The notes below the pieces were generated by a model, which was not told the origin of the DNA, made no database searches, and saw only the letters and a list, made by a program, of their open reading frames with translations. A stretch of 51,069 nt of DNA from an uncultured Gammaproteobacteria bacterium (GTDB lineage Bacteria > Patescibacteriota > Microgenomatia > UBA1406 > HO2-37-13b), in contig CAZTFB010000003.1 of the NCBI GenBank assembly GCA_964612595.1, positions 98,272 through 149,340 of the forward strand, written 5' to 3'. The position numbers were made by a program, and so were the translations under genes. Shown here in pieces: positions 18,323 to 28,200 of this stretch (positions within the stretch are counted from its first letter, which is position 1; every line of letters starts with the position of its first letter).

Positions 18323-19208
18323 AAAAATACTCATTTTATCCTCACTAAGTCCCAAGAACCCTGGTGTAATGAAGACATTCGCCACGACTATCAAAAATAA
18401 GGGCTCGTTTTGTGTGACAACCTACAAGAATATTGCACTTGTTCTCGATGCTGCGTCGAAGAATAGCACAATATATGTTGATGGATCTGTTGTAAATCTT
18501 GCGGGCGTGTATTTTAGAGTACTATCAAAATACAGATCTTTAGCGCTTTCTTTAGCCCAAGTATTGCAAGATAAAGGGATCCCATTTGTAAATTCGATCG
18601 TTGGAGCTGAAACATTCGATGGAAAAGTGCTTGACTACATCTTGCTGTATAAAGAATTTCCAATTCCTAAGACGTTGGTTGCATATCCTGAGTGGATAGT
18701 AAAAAATACAACTCTTATCCATAAACATCTTTCATTTCCTTATATTTTAAAAACTGCGAATGGAAAAATGGGTTTGGACAACTATCTTGTGGATGATACA
18801 ACAAATCTTCAGGATATTCTTAAAAACTATTCGGACAGTGAACTTTTTTGCTTGCAAGAGTTTATACCAAACGAGTGTGACTACAGGATTATTGTTATTG
18901 GATATAAAGCAAAACAAATATATAGTAGGACAAGAGATGCATCATCCACATCTCACCTTAACAATGTCACACAAGGAGCAAAGCGAACTGACTTCACAAC
19001 AGAGTCAATGCCTGAGATCTGTACACTTGCTGAAAAAGCCGCAAAACACCTGCGTCGGGACATCTGTGGAGTTGATATTATCGTAGATTCATCTAGAAGA
19101 AACATGTATATTTTGGAGGTCAATTCTTCATCGCCTGGCTTACCTTATCCCTCATCCCACAGACTGATTGGCGCATTCCTTGAAACGAAATTTTTATCAA
19201 ACAAATAA
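18315..19208 (+). CDS. RimK-like ATP-grasp ligase (paralog 2)
   Basis: 297-aa ORF colinear with the previous gene. Signatures: YILKTANGKMGLDNYLV, FCLQEFIPNECDYRIIV, ICGVDIIVDSSRRNMYILEVNSSSPGL. Confidence 0.75.
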   Translation: MNKKILILSSLSPKNPGVMKTFATTIKNKGSFCVTTYKNIALVLDAASKNSTIYVDGSVVNLAGVYFRVLSKYRSLALSLAQVLQDKGIPFVNSIVGAETFDGKVLDYILLYKEFPIPKTLVAYPEWIVKNTTLIHKHLSFPYILKTANGKMGLDNYLVDDTTNLQDILKNYSDSELFCLQEFIPNECDYRIIVIGYKAKQIYSRTRDASSTSHLNNVTQGAKRTDFTTESMPEICTLAEKAAKHLRRDICGVDIIVDSSRRNMYILEVNSSSPGLPYPSSHRLIGAFLETKFLSNK

Positions 19209-20012
19209 ACTACTAAACATTTCCTTATTTCTTTTATCTGGACCTTTGCCCTCAAATCCTGGAACTTCGAGGATAACAGGAATGTTTTTTGTGCGGACAT
19301 CTGAAAAGAAGGTCTTCATGCCATCAAGGCCGATTTCGCCCTGCCCTATATTTTCATGACGGTCGTGCTGCGAACCGCACGATGTTTTTGAATCGTTTGC
19401 ATGAATGCACGCAATTTTATCTATGCCAATCATTCGCTCTACGTCGTCGAACCAGCATGTGACAGTTGTCTTATCGCGAATATCAACTCCCGAAGCAAAA
19501 AGGTGCTGGGTATCAATACAAAATCTAATACGTTGGGAGTTTGTTTTTGCAAGAATTTCGAGACATTGCTCAAGATTATATACAACACGTTTTTCAGATG
19601 CCATATTTTCTACTAAAATGTGTTGGGACGTGGGAGTATTGTCCAGTATGTGCGTAAGACTTTCGCAGATTTTTTCGATACTGCCGCTTCCAATATGTAC
19701 GATCGTTCCGTTACTACCTAAAACTGAACCGATCTGTAGATAGTTTATGAGCGATTCTACAGAAAGCATATGAAGTTTCTCGTTTTCACTCCCAAGATTG
19801 ACTAAATATATGGCATGGAAGAAGAGTGCTTGCATATTTGCAGCTTTATACGCAGATCGAAAAACTTCGATCTGCTCTTCTGCATATATGTTGGGTTTAA
19901 ATGAGCGCGGTGATGATACAAAAATCTGCATAGCATTAAACTCCTCTGCCACCGCGCGCGCAACTGATTTGTCCAAACCACCTGCAATAGAAACATGCCC
20001 ACCTATGATCAT
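19197..20012 (-). CDS. nfo: endonuclease IV (AP endonuclease family 2)
   Basis: 271-aa ORF. Motifs: MIIGGHVSIAGG, FFHAIYLVNLGS, IVHIGS, ILVENMA, FCIDTQHLFASG, CIHANDSK, DRHENIGQGEIG, VILEVP. These fit the Nfo metal-ligand pattern. Confidence 0.9.
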   Translation of the reverse strand: MIIGGHVSIAGGLDKSVARAVAEEFNAMQIFVSSPRSFKPNIYAEEQIEVFRSAYKAANMQALFFHAIYLVNLGSENEKLHMLSVESLINYLQIGSVLGSNGTIVHIGSGSIEKICESLTHILDNTPTSQHILVENMASEKRVVYNLEQCLEILAKTNSQRIRFCIDTQHLFASGVDIRDKTTVTCWFDDVERMIGIDKIACIHANDSKTSCGSQHDRHENIGQGEIGLDGMKTFFSDVRTKNIPVILEVPGFEGKGPDKRNKEMFSSLFV

Positions 20013-20020
20013 AATATGTA

Positions 20021-20554
20021 CTAATCGGCCGCAAGGCGGATTTTTATTTCAGCTCGTATTTCCTCAAAAACTTGGTTGAGCTTTTCTTGCTCTTCACCTG
20101 TAAAATCCTGTAACACATACGAATAACCATCGATTCTGTTCTTAGGATCTCTTCCATCGACTCCAATGCGCACGCGCCAAAAATTCACGTCTCCGAGACT
20201 CTCTTCAACAGAAGTTATACCATTATGAACCTTTGGCCCTTTGCCTTGCTGTATCTTCCATGAACCAAAACTGATATCAAGGTCATCATGAACGACAAAA
20301 ACATCACTGACGTTTAATTTGTAGAAGTTCACCACTGCCGCTACCGCTTTTCCACTATCATTCATAAATGTAGAGGGCTTTAATAAAAGATACTTTTCAT
20401 CGCCAACTTTAATCTCTGCAACCATGCCATAAAATTTCTTTTCTTCGCGCCATACAACATCGCCATCTACCCAATCTAAAAACATAAACCCAACATTATG
20501 CCGATTTTTTGCGTATTTCTCACCTGGATTTCCTAGCCCAACAAGCAGTTTCAT
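20021..20554 (-). CDS. pth: peptidyl-tRNA hydrolase
   Basis: 177-aa ORF starting MKLLVGLGNPGEKYAKNRHNVGFMFLD, with VVHDDLDISFG. A -10 (TATACT, 20562-20567, minus strand) lies 7 nt before the ATG. Confidence 0.9.
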   Translation of the reverse strand: MKLLVGLGNPGEKYAKNRHNVGFMFLDWVDGDVVWREEKKFYGMVAEIKVGDEKYLLLKPSTFMNDSGKAVAAVVNFYKLNVSDVFVVHDDLDISFGSWKIQQGKGPKVHNGITSVEESLGDVNFWRVRIGVDGRDPKNRIDGYSYVLQDFTGEEQEKLNQVFEEIRAEIKIRLAAD

Positions 20555-20591
20555 AGAATATAGTATACTGTACTTTCAGCTCATATAGCAT

Positions 20592-20672
20592 GCCGGGGTG
20601 GCGAAATGGTAGACGCGCACGCTTCAGAAGCGTGTGTCGCAAGACATGGAGGTTCGAGTCCTCTCTCCGGCA
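20592..20672 (+). tRNA. tRNA-Leu (anticodon CAG), class II with long variable arm, no encoded CCA
   Basis: Hand-folded. Acceptor GCCGGGG/CTCCGGC (one G-U). Anticodon stem CACGC/GCGTG with loop TTCAGAA. 13-nt variable arm. T arm GGAGG-TTCGAGT-CCTCT. Confidence 0.85.
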
Positions 20673-20731
20673 CAACTTGTGCATAGCTTTTAATAAAAAC
20701 TTAATTTCTTCTATGTATACTACCTACGACC

Positions 20732-21091
20732 ATGGGTACACCCACTAAAAAATGGACCATCGAGTACTACAAAACTCCCTCTGGCAGATTCTCACCTGTT
20801 GCTATATTTATTGAAGGCCTTGCACCAAAAGCACAAGCAAAGCTGTCAACCATATTAAGACTTATGAGGGAGTTTGGTCCGCAAATTGGTTGGCCGCATG
20901 TCAAAAAAATGGTTGGTTTTCCATTGTGGGAAATACGTATTTTAGGTCAAGATAGTATTCGGATACTTTATTTTATTCCAAATAACAAAACAGTCTTACT
21001 ACTTCACGGTTTTATTAAAAAGAAACAAAAAACTCCATATAATGAAATCAAAACAGCTTTAGCTCGTTACAATAAATACATAGCTCATTGA
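20732..21091 (+). CDS. type II toxin, RelE/HigB (Gp49-like) family
   Basis: 119-aa ORF. WTIEYYKTPSGRFSPVAIFIEGL ... LWEIRILGQDSIRILYFIPNNKTVLLLHGFIKKKQKTP is typical of Gp49/HigB-like toxins. It is followed by an HTH antitoxin gene. Confidence 0.75.
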   Translation: MGTPTKKWTIEYYKTPSGRFSPVAIFIEGLAPKAQAKLSTILRLMREFGPQIGWPHVKKMVGFPLWEIRILGQDSIRILYFIPNNKTVLLLHGFIKKKQKTPYNEIKTALARYNKYIAH

Positions 21092-21102
21092 TGAGAATAC
21101 GT

Positions 21103-21132
21103 TTGACATATATCACAATATTGTGATATTAT
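21103..21132 (+). promoter_or_regulatory. promoter of the antitoxin gene with an embedded 20-bp perfect palindrome (putative operator)
   Basis: TTGACA at 21103-21108, 18-nt spacer, TATTAT at 21127-21132, ATG at 21139 six nt later. The palindrome ATATCACAAT/ATTGTGATAT at 21110-21129 fills the spacer. Confidence 0.6.
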
Positions 21133-21138
21133 CACGTT

Positions 21139-21429
21139 ATGAAAAACTATACTAATTGGGATGACCATGAAAGAGACTTGCTAAAAAATCCTGAATTTAG
21201 GGCTGCATTGAAGGAGGTTGAACTAGAATATCAGATTGCCCGAGCTGTGATTGCTGCTCGAATTCATAAAGGGCTTAGTCAAAGTGAATTAGCTGTCAAA
21301 CTCTCAACGCAACAATCAGTTATCTCGCGAGTAGAAAATGCAAAGACTGTCCCATCTCTTTCTTTCCTGAGACGACTTGCTACTGCACTAGATTCAACTC
21401 TTCAAGTAAGATTTGAATCGGCGAAGTAA
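21139..21429 (+). CDS. XRE-family helix-turn-helix antitoxin (HigA-like)
   Basis: 96-aa ORF. The HTH is KGLSQSELAVKLSTQQSVISRVENAK. It sits immediately downstream of the toxin. Confidence 0.8.
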   Translation: MKNYTNWDDHERDLLKNPEFRAALKEVELEYQIARAVIAARIHKGLSQSELAVKLSTQQSVISRVENAKTVPSLSFLRRLATALDSTLQVRFESAK

Positions 21430-21447
21430 ACGGCCTACTTTGGGGTA

Positions 21448-22419
21448 ATGTTGTATTTTATAGCTCAGTTTGTATATACTCAAATCATGTTTAACTTCGG
21501 TGAGCCCAATCTACACACGGTAAAGAAGCATATCGGTATTCTTGCAATGCAGGCTGCGTTTCTCGTAGTTTTAGCGATCGGTTATGGCGGGTTGAGCATC
21601 AATGCATACCTCCAGGAAGCATCGATTCCCACAGATGTTACTTCTCCGCTTGCATACGACAGTTCGTCGCCTAATGAACCTGTAGAAAATACTGTTGAAA
21701 GCGAAGTGTTAGGTGCAGAAACTGAAGATCTTGAATCTGAAGCCGATATTGAACCGACCACTATCCCCCAACCACCCCAAAAAGAGTACTCCATAGCAAT
21801 ATATGGCGACTCGATGGTTGATACCATGGGTGAACGACTTGAGTACTTAGAACATGCTCTTTTAGAGCGCTACCCCGAAACAACGTTCCGCCTTTATAAC
21901 TACGGCGTTGGCTCACAGAATATTCACGACGGACTTGAGCGATGGAACAAACCGCTAAGACATATGGATCGTAGTTATCCGGCGATTACTGAACTAAAGC
22001 CAGACATTATTATAGTGGGCTCGTTCGCCTATAATGTACTCGTCCCCCACGATAGAAATGCCCACTGGCTCGGCTATACAGAACTTGTCCAGCGAGCACA
22101 ACGTCTATCCTCACAGGTATATATGCTCGCTGAGATTGCGCCGATGCGTCGAGGGTTTGGCTTTGGTCCAAACGGGGTAAATTGGGAACCATCAACGGCA
22201 TGGAGCCATACAGAAAAGATTATTGAACAGCTAGAAAATGTACTTGGACTCTCACGAACGTTAAATATTCCCGTCATTGATGCCTATACCCCGTCGCTGC
22301 AGGAAGGAGTTAAAGAAGGTAAACGTGAATTGGTGAACCCAAGCGATAATATTCATCCTTCAGTCGAGGGACATAAGTTTATAGCGAAAACGATTGTAGA
22401 CGTGATTAATTTTAAGTAG
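21448..22419 (+). CDS. membrane-anchored SGNH/GDSL hydrolase
   Basis: 323-aa ORF with an N-terminal TM helix. Block I is IAIYGDSMVD (GDS). YNYGVGSQN gives the Gly/Asn blocks. C-terminal NPSDNIHPS gives DxxH. Confidence 0.75.
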   Translation: MLYFIAQFVYTQIMFNFGEPNLHTVKKHIGILAMQAAFLVVLAIGYGGLSINAYLQEASIPTDVTSPLAYDSSSPNEPVENTVESEVLGAETEDLESEADIEPTTIPQPPQKEYSIAIYGDSMVDTMGERLEYLEHALLERYPETTFRLYNYGVGSQNIHDGLERWNKPLRHMDRSYPAITELKPDIIIVGSFAYNVLVPHDRNAHWLGYTELVQRAQRLSSQVYMLAEIAPMRRGFGFGPNGVNWEPSTAWSHTEKIIEQLENVLGLSRTLNIPVIDAYTPSLQEGVKEGKRELVNPSDNIHPSVEGHKFIAKTIVDVINFK

Positions 22420-22426
22420 AACAAAC

Positions 22427-23773
22427 TTAGTATGGAAGCTGTGCATGTTGCTTTTGTGAACCGAATCCAAAGTAACCTTTAACCTCATTCTCTAAGCGAT
22501 GAAGTGGCTCTTGAATATGCTGATTTGTCCTAAACTGATTCACTGCACCAAAATATACACCATCATTTGATGCTGCCTGTAAAACTTCAGGAACTCGCTT
22601 AAATCCTTTTTTTGCAAACTCGCCACCTAGCTTTCCACCTGTCCACCTACCTGCTAGTGCAACCTTCATGCCTGTTTTTGTAGCTACCCAGTTTGTGGCT
22701 GATGCTCCAGCAAAGGCCTTTATTGTATCTGCATTTCCTGCCTGGACATCATCATAAATACCATAGCCAATAAGCGGTGCAGCAATAGCAGTCTCGACAG
22801 TTGCATGTTGTATTAAATGCCCAGGGGCTGAATTTGATAAGCGCTGGACAACTGGACCAGATCTTGCGACTACTGCGGCATAGCGAGGATTAACAAAATT
22901 ACGTGCGGCTCCCATCCACTGACCGCCTACTGCCCCAAGCACTGCCTGCGAAGCTAACTTTGACCCGTTAAAATCTCCATCATAGGCTTGAAATCCCAGC
23001 TCAATTCCTGCACTTCCAACTGCACCTTGCACTGAACGATATGCCAACGCAGTACCGATTGCACTTGAGCCAGAAGACACCGCACTAGCGACAACACCGG
23101 ATGAAGCAACAGCGGGAACCGCAATACCTGCGCCTGCCACAGCTGCTCCGGCTACAGCAGAACCCATTACAGGATAATATATTGAATCTGGAATTCCTTG
23201 ATCTGGAGGCATGTCGAATACATCATTGCCCACAAAATACGGGTCTGACTTAACCCCAGTTTCAGAAAGTAGATCAATATAATCACTTTGTTCGCTAAGG
23301 CAGCGGACACAATTCCCGGTTGGATCGGTATATGATATTGGATTATTAAGTGCATATGCATATCTATGAGGCCCTTCTTTCTTATCTGCCTGAATAAACT
23401 GTCCCAGCTGGGGGCTATAAAATCGTGCACCTGCATGGTAAACTCCTGCTTTATCAAGCTCACGATGTCCAGTAAACTTTCTCTCCAAGGAGATATCTGC
23501 ATCCTTCATGTCCGTACCATATGGATAATACTCCTCGATTTTTGTATCACTATCCCCATTAATAACTCTGCTTGAACCTAGATAATCTTTTACAACAAGC
23601 GACTCATTTTCAATATTTTTAATCAATACCGCCTGGTTCGAAATTGGTATGTATAATTTCTGCGACGTTGTGCTTGCAGTAACAATACTTGGAGATAAAA
23701 GAAATAGAGCAATAGTTAAAAATCCTAATTTGATAATAAATCTCGCTTTAGAATATATACTTATTCTCCCCAT
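22427..23773 (-). CDS. stand-alone RHS repeat-associated core domain protein with its own signal peptide and a Gly/Ala-rich C-terminal domain (tip 2)
   Basis: 448-aa ORF with signal-like FLTIALFLLSPSIVTAS. Core domain: VKDYLGSSRVI ... YYPYGTDM ... FTGHRELDKAGVYHAGARFYSPQLGQFIQADKKEGPHRYAYALNNPISYTDPTGN. This is followed by AVAGAAVAGAGIAVPAVASSG glycine-zipper-like segments. Confidence 0.75.
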   Translation of the reverse strand: MGRISIYSKARFIIKLGFLTIALFLLSPSIVTASTTSQKLYIPISNQAVLIKNIENESLVVKDYLGSSRVINGDSDTKIEEYYPYGTDMKDADISLERKFTGHRELDKAGVYHAGARFYSPQLGQFIQADKKEGPHRYAYALNNPISYTDPTGNCVRCLSEQSDYIDLLSETGVKSDPYFVGNDVFDMPPDQGIPDSIYYPVMGSAVAGAAVAGAGIAVPAVASSGVVASAVSSGSSAIGTALAYRSVQGAVGSAGIELGFQAYDGDFNGSKLASQAVLGAVGGQWMGAARNFVNPRYAAVVARSGPVVQRLSNSAPGHLIQHATVETAIAAPLIGYGIYDDVQAGNADTIKAFAGASATNWVATKTGMKVALAGRWTGGKLGGEFAKKGFKRVPEVLQAASNDGVYFGAVNQFRTNQHIQEPLHRLENEVKGYFGFGSQKQHAQLPY

Positions 23774-25200
23774 CCTCTTGCAATCATTGTGTAATCTTCC
23801 TTATGAACAATACCAAAGTAATACATTTCTGATTCTAAAGCTGAGGCAGCAGCTGGCCATTTACCCTTAGTTACAGCAAGCTGGGGTATACTAACCAGCT
23901 TACTCCTTGGTACAGTCATTTGAGCAACACCTCCACCTTGGCCATAGTAGGCCGCAACGCTAAAATCAGTAGTCCACGATGTGCCACAGTTTGCATCACC
24001 AGGACAAATAGCCTGTTCCCAGGCTTGATCCCGTATGATCTGATCCATTGCCTCACCCATGTCAAGTCTTGCTGTAACTATATCACTAATTAGAGCATTT
24101 GTATCTCCTTTGTGCCCATAAAGCCAACTTTGTTTTGCAATAGAAGGTTGAATATCTCTACCCGCAGCATATGTTCTTAAGCCTTTATAGACGGTAACTA
24201 AATCGTCTGGCGCACCAATATGATCTTCAGGAACTCTCAAGGGAAGACCCTCGGGAACTTCTGTCCAGCTAAGCCATTGTCCTTTATTATTTTTTGGCAG
24301 CTGAGGAAGTAAACTCCAATTTGGAGGTAGGTCTGATCTTGCTGCCATCTGTGCCCCTGCCTCAACAGCATTCACGCAGTGCGGATTAGACAAACACGCT
24401 CCTACTCCGATCTGCGCCCCACCTAGTAGGCCCACTGAACTTGTTGCTCCTGCGCCTGCACTCATTGCTCCAATAGCTGCAGGAGCAGCGACTGCTCCCA
24501 GATACCCTACACTTGCACCTGCAACACCACCGATAATACCTGCTCCCACCACTCGTGCTGGTTCTTGAACTGAACCATACTGTGCAACCTGACTTCCTCT
24601 TTCATAGCCTGTACCAAAACCAGCACCGAATGCACCACCGCCTATAATAATTGCGGCAATGACCAGAGGCACAATCTTTCCTGATGGGTCTGTATATACC
24701 GTTGGGTTTGCCGCCGCATACATGTATCTATTTGGACCTTGTACTTTGTCCGCAGAGACAAACATACCCATTTCTGGGTTATAAAATCGTGCACCTGCAT
24801 GATAGACACCGGTATCGGCAAGACTTCTGTGACTCGTGAACTGTTTGTCTGTCAGAGTGGTCGGCTCACCACTTGTCATGCCGTATGGATAGTATTCCTG
24901 TTGTTGTGTCCCTTTGTTTGATTCGATTATGCGTGTGGAAGTTATGTGGTCTTGGATGAGGAGATGCTCTTCTCCATCGCTTGTTTTCATAAAGGTCGAG
25001 CTTGCTCCTGTGGGAATATAAAGCTTGCTAACTCGTTTTTCTACTACTTGCGTGCGAGTTGGCTCTGGGACATCTGGTTGCTGTGCTTGTGAAAGGTTAA
25101 TACGAGCTAGAGGAATAAGAAATAAATACGTCAGTGAAAAAACTGACGCTGTAAGGAGGGCAATCAATTTACTGAGTGACTTCTTCTTCATATTGACCAA
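23761..25200 (-). CDS. stand-alone RHS repeat-associated core domain protein with its own signal peptide and a distinct C-terminal putative toxin domain (tip 1)
   Basis: 479-aa ORF with signal-like KLIALLTASVFSLTYLFLIPLARINLSQA. Core domain: IQDHITSTRII ... YYPYGMTSG ... FTSHRSLADTGVYHAGARFYNPEMGMFVSADKVQGPNRYMYAAANPTVYTDPSGK. Then a Gly-rich hydrophobic region and a globular C-terminal domain. Confidence 0.75.
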   Translation of the reverse strand: MVNMKKKSLSKLIALLTASVFSLTYLFLIPLARINLSQAQQPDVPEPTRTQVVEKRVSKLYIPTGASSTFMKTSDGEEHLLIQDHITSTRIIESNKGTQQQEYYPYGMTSGEPTTLTDKQFTSHRSLADTGVYHAGARFYNPEMGMFVSADKVQGPNRYMYAAANPTVYTDPSGKIVPLVIAAIIIGGGAFGAGFGTGYERGSQVAQYGSVQEPARVVGAGIIGGVAGASVGYLGAVAAPAAIGAMSAGAGATSSVGLLGGAQIGVGACLSNPHCVNAVEAGAQMAARSDLPPNWSLLPQLPKNNKGQWLSWTEVPEGLPLRVPEDHIGAPDDLVTVYKGLRTYAAGRDIQPSIAKQSWLYGHKGDTNALISDIVTARLDMGEAMDQIIRDQAWEQAICPGDANCGTSWTTDFSVAAYYGQGGGVAQMTVPRSKLVSIPQLAVTKGKWPAAASALESEMYYFGIVHKEDYTMIARGWGE

Positions 25201-28200
25201 AGAGATAAATTTGTTTTGTTGGTTTTTGGAGATTGGTTGGTTCGTATTCCTCTTGTAAGTTCATTGCTCCACCCTCGTCATAGTAGAACATATATACCTT
25301 CTTAAAATTCTCGTCCGTACATGTGCCCTTTTTATTATTCTTAAGCCCCAAGAATATTAATTCACCTTCTCGATTGTAACGATAACAGTTATTATCATCG
25401 TTTCTCATTCCTCCCTCGTTCGTATAGCCAATATCGTACGATCGCGTAGTTACTCCTAATGTCTGCTCTATCGGACCGCTTGTTGGAGAAACAGATGGAC
25501 TTACGAGCGGTAATGACTTTGTTGGACCACCGGTTGGGATAGGTGACGGTGAAGCTTCAGGCCCTGGAGGTGTTATGCTTACTTCTGGTACGAGCTCTGC
25601 CTGCTCCTCACCCGTAATTTCTACTGTCTTTGGGGCAAAGAACGGATATGTTGCTGAATATTTCATTACAACACTATCCTTTTCGTTCTTCTTTAACATA
25701 CGTCCAAAGAGATCATATTCATATTCGGTGTTATATACTGGAGATTTTACAGACGTGAGCTGTGAGAACCCGTCATAGCCATAATCAAAAAGCGTCGTAC
25801 GACCCGGAATGGCTTCTTCAAGCGTATCGATTTCGCTGAACTTATTGTAAGAAATGCTTTGTTTTATAAGGTCAAAATCCACAACACCAGAGCCAAAAAC
25901 TGCAGCCTTCTTTGATACACCCAAGATTTTAAGTCTCCCTAATGTGTCGAATACATTAGTATTTGTATACTCCGTTCCTTTAAACTCCGCTTGTGCAATT
26001 CTTTGGTTGCCGAACTTATCATACGAAGCACCTTTGAATACATCTTTACCATCAACCATCATTTTTGCCACTCTACCTTCACGATCGTATTCTTTATTAA
26101 GTCTCGTGCCGTCAGGAAATTCTGATGCTATTTCTTGTGATAATTGATTGTAACTTGTAGCGAAGTCTTTTGCGTTCGAGAACGTAGAGATGCGCGTTTT
26201 TATCAAGCGCTGGCCACCATCATATATGAACTCTTTTGTTCCAGTTAAATGATGTACCTTTGTTAATTTACCCAAAGCAAATGCACCTGCGTCATACACA
26301 TAGGTAACCTCTGTGTTTAGCATTTTGTTGTATAACTCTCCATCGCTGAGACTGTAGTATTTTTTCTTAATCAATCTACCCATAACATCGTACTCATAAC
26401 CAACATCTTCTCGCGGCTGACTTATTTCGAGTATCTTATTGCCATACACATCGTATTCAAAACGGTATTGACCAAGAGATGGATCTTGAGAAAAGATTAA
26501 GCGGCCAGATTTATCATAATCAAACATTGATTCAGTTTTTGTTCCAGTAGCATCCATAATGGTAGTTTTTGTTGCTTGTTCTAGTAATGGCTTAGCATAT
26601 TCATTAATAGTCATCAAGATTTTTTGCTTTGTGCGGTCTTGTGTAAATGCATATTTACCTCGACCCCAGACATCAGCAATCGCAATTTTCTCTACACCAT
26701 TTGGATCGGTATTTTTCGTACCTAGAATACTATATTCTGTTGTAGACGTGAATTTTTGACCTGATTCAGTTTCGATCCTTGTCGACGAAAGCGGTCTGCG
26801 CAAAGCATCAAATTGAACCTCTGAACTCACAACTTGTGGTATATCGGCAACAAATTGTGGTTGTACTGCTGCGATATTATTAACGTCGATCGTTACCGGT
26901 GTTGTGGTTTGTAATTCAAAGGTCTTTGAAGTGCTTCCATCAGCATGGTATTCGTTGTTTGTGACTTTTCTTACATCTACCCCATCAACACTTGTACGAA
27001 GCATCTGTGCTTGACGAACTTGTCCAAGTCCATCGTAAAATTTGTCAGAGACTTGAAAGTGCTTTTGACCATCCTGTGTTTGAGATGTAAGTTGTGCAGA
27101 GCGAACAACTAGACCATTGTTACCCTGTTCAAAAAAATGCGTTCGTGATGATGCGGTATCCATGGTGCTACCTGGATTCTCTGGATCTGGAGCAAACTGT
27201 GCTATCATTCTCCCAAGTGCATCAAATTCCATTCTACTTACGGCATAGGCCTCAGGAGCATCTTGTATTTGTGTTTTAATAGTTGTGGGAAGTTGCAATA
27301 AGAAATTGTAATCTTGAAGTATCTTCTTAAAACCTAGAGCGTTCTTCTCCTCCGTAAGAAGTGTGTGATAATACGGATCATAAGTTTTCTCAGACATCAA
27401 CACGACGTCATTCTTTGGATCGGCTACCTTTTTAATGTTTGTTTTTGGTGCATAAGTTCTTGTAATATTTCCCTTGCGCAAATCTGTATCGTTCTTATCA
27501 CCAGAGAGATCATCGTACTCATAACCCTCAACAGTTACGTGTGAGTCATCAATCCACGTTTCCTTCTGGGTAAGTAAGCCGTATTTTGGCTGCATCTCCT
27601 CCGCAGAAAGCTCCCAATAATTCTTATCGAAATTATCATAATATGATTTTGTTCTCCCCCATTGGCAAGTCAAGTTTTCGGGTCCACAATTTTCCACGTT
27701 TGAGGCATAGGTTAAGGACGCCAAACTTTTAATCCATTTCTCTCCAGACGTGAGATAATAACTGTAACCGTATCTATTATCCGTTTTATCCACGTCTACC
27801 CCATCTTGATCAACCTCTCCATAGTTTACGCTTAAGGTCTGATTTCCATATTCATCGTGAGCTAATACCCTCTGTAATGTGCGAAGCTCTGATTTTCCAG
27901 CGCCTTTCACTTTATCCTTAAACGCAAGAGGCACAAAATCTTTAGCAGGCTCTCTCTGAATACTTGTTGTATCGTACGTATATAGGAACAGCGGCTGGCT
28001 TCTTCTTTCGTTTTTACAGCCGTCAGATGGATTTAGTCCATCCATTCCATCGAAGCGATATCTAAAAACTATATTTGTTTCCTGGGCCACATCTCTTGAG
28101 TCACCTCGATATATAACCTGCCTATAGGGTTGGCCTTTAGCTGGGTGGGGTTCAAAGCACCCATTACCGAAGTTGGCTTGATTAAAAAATGTATCTGTAT

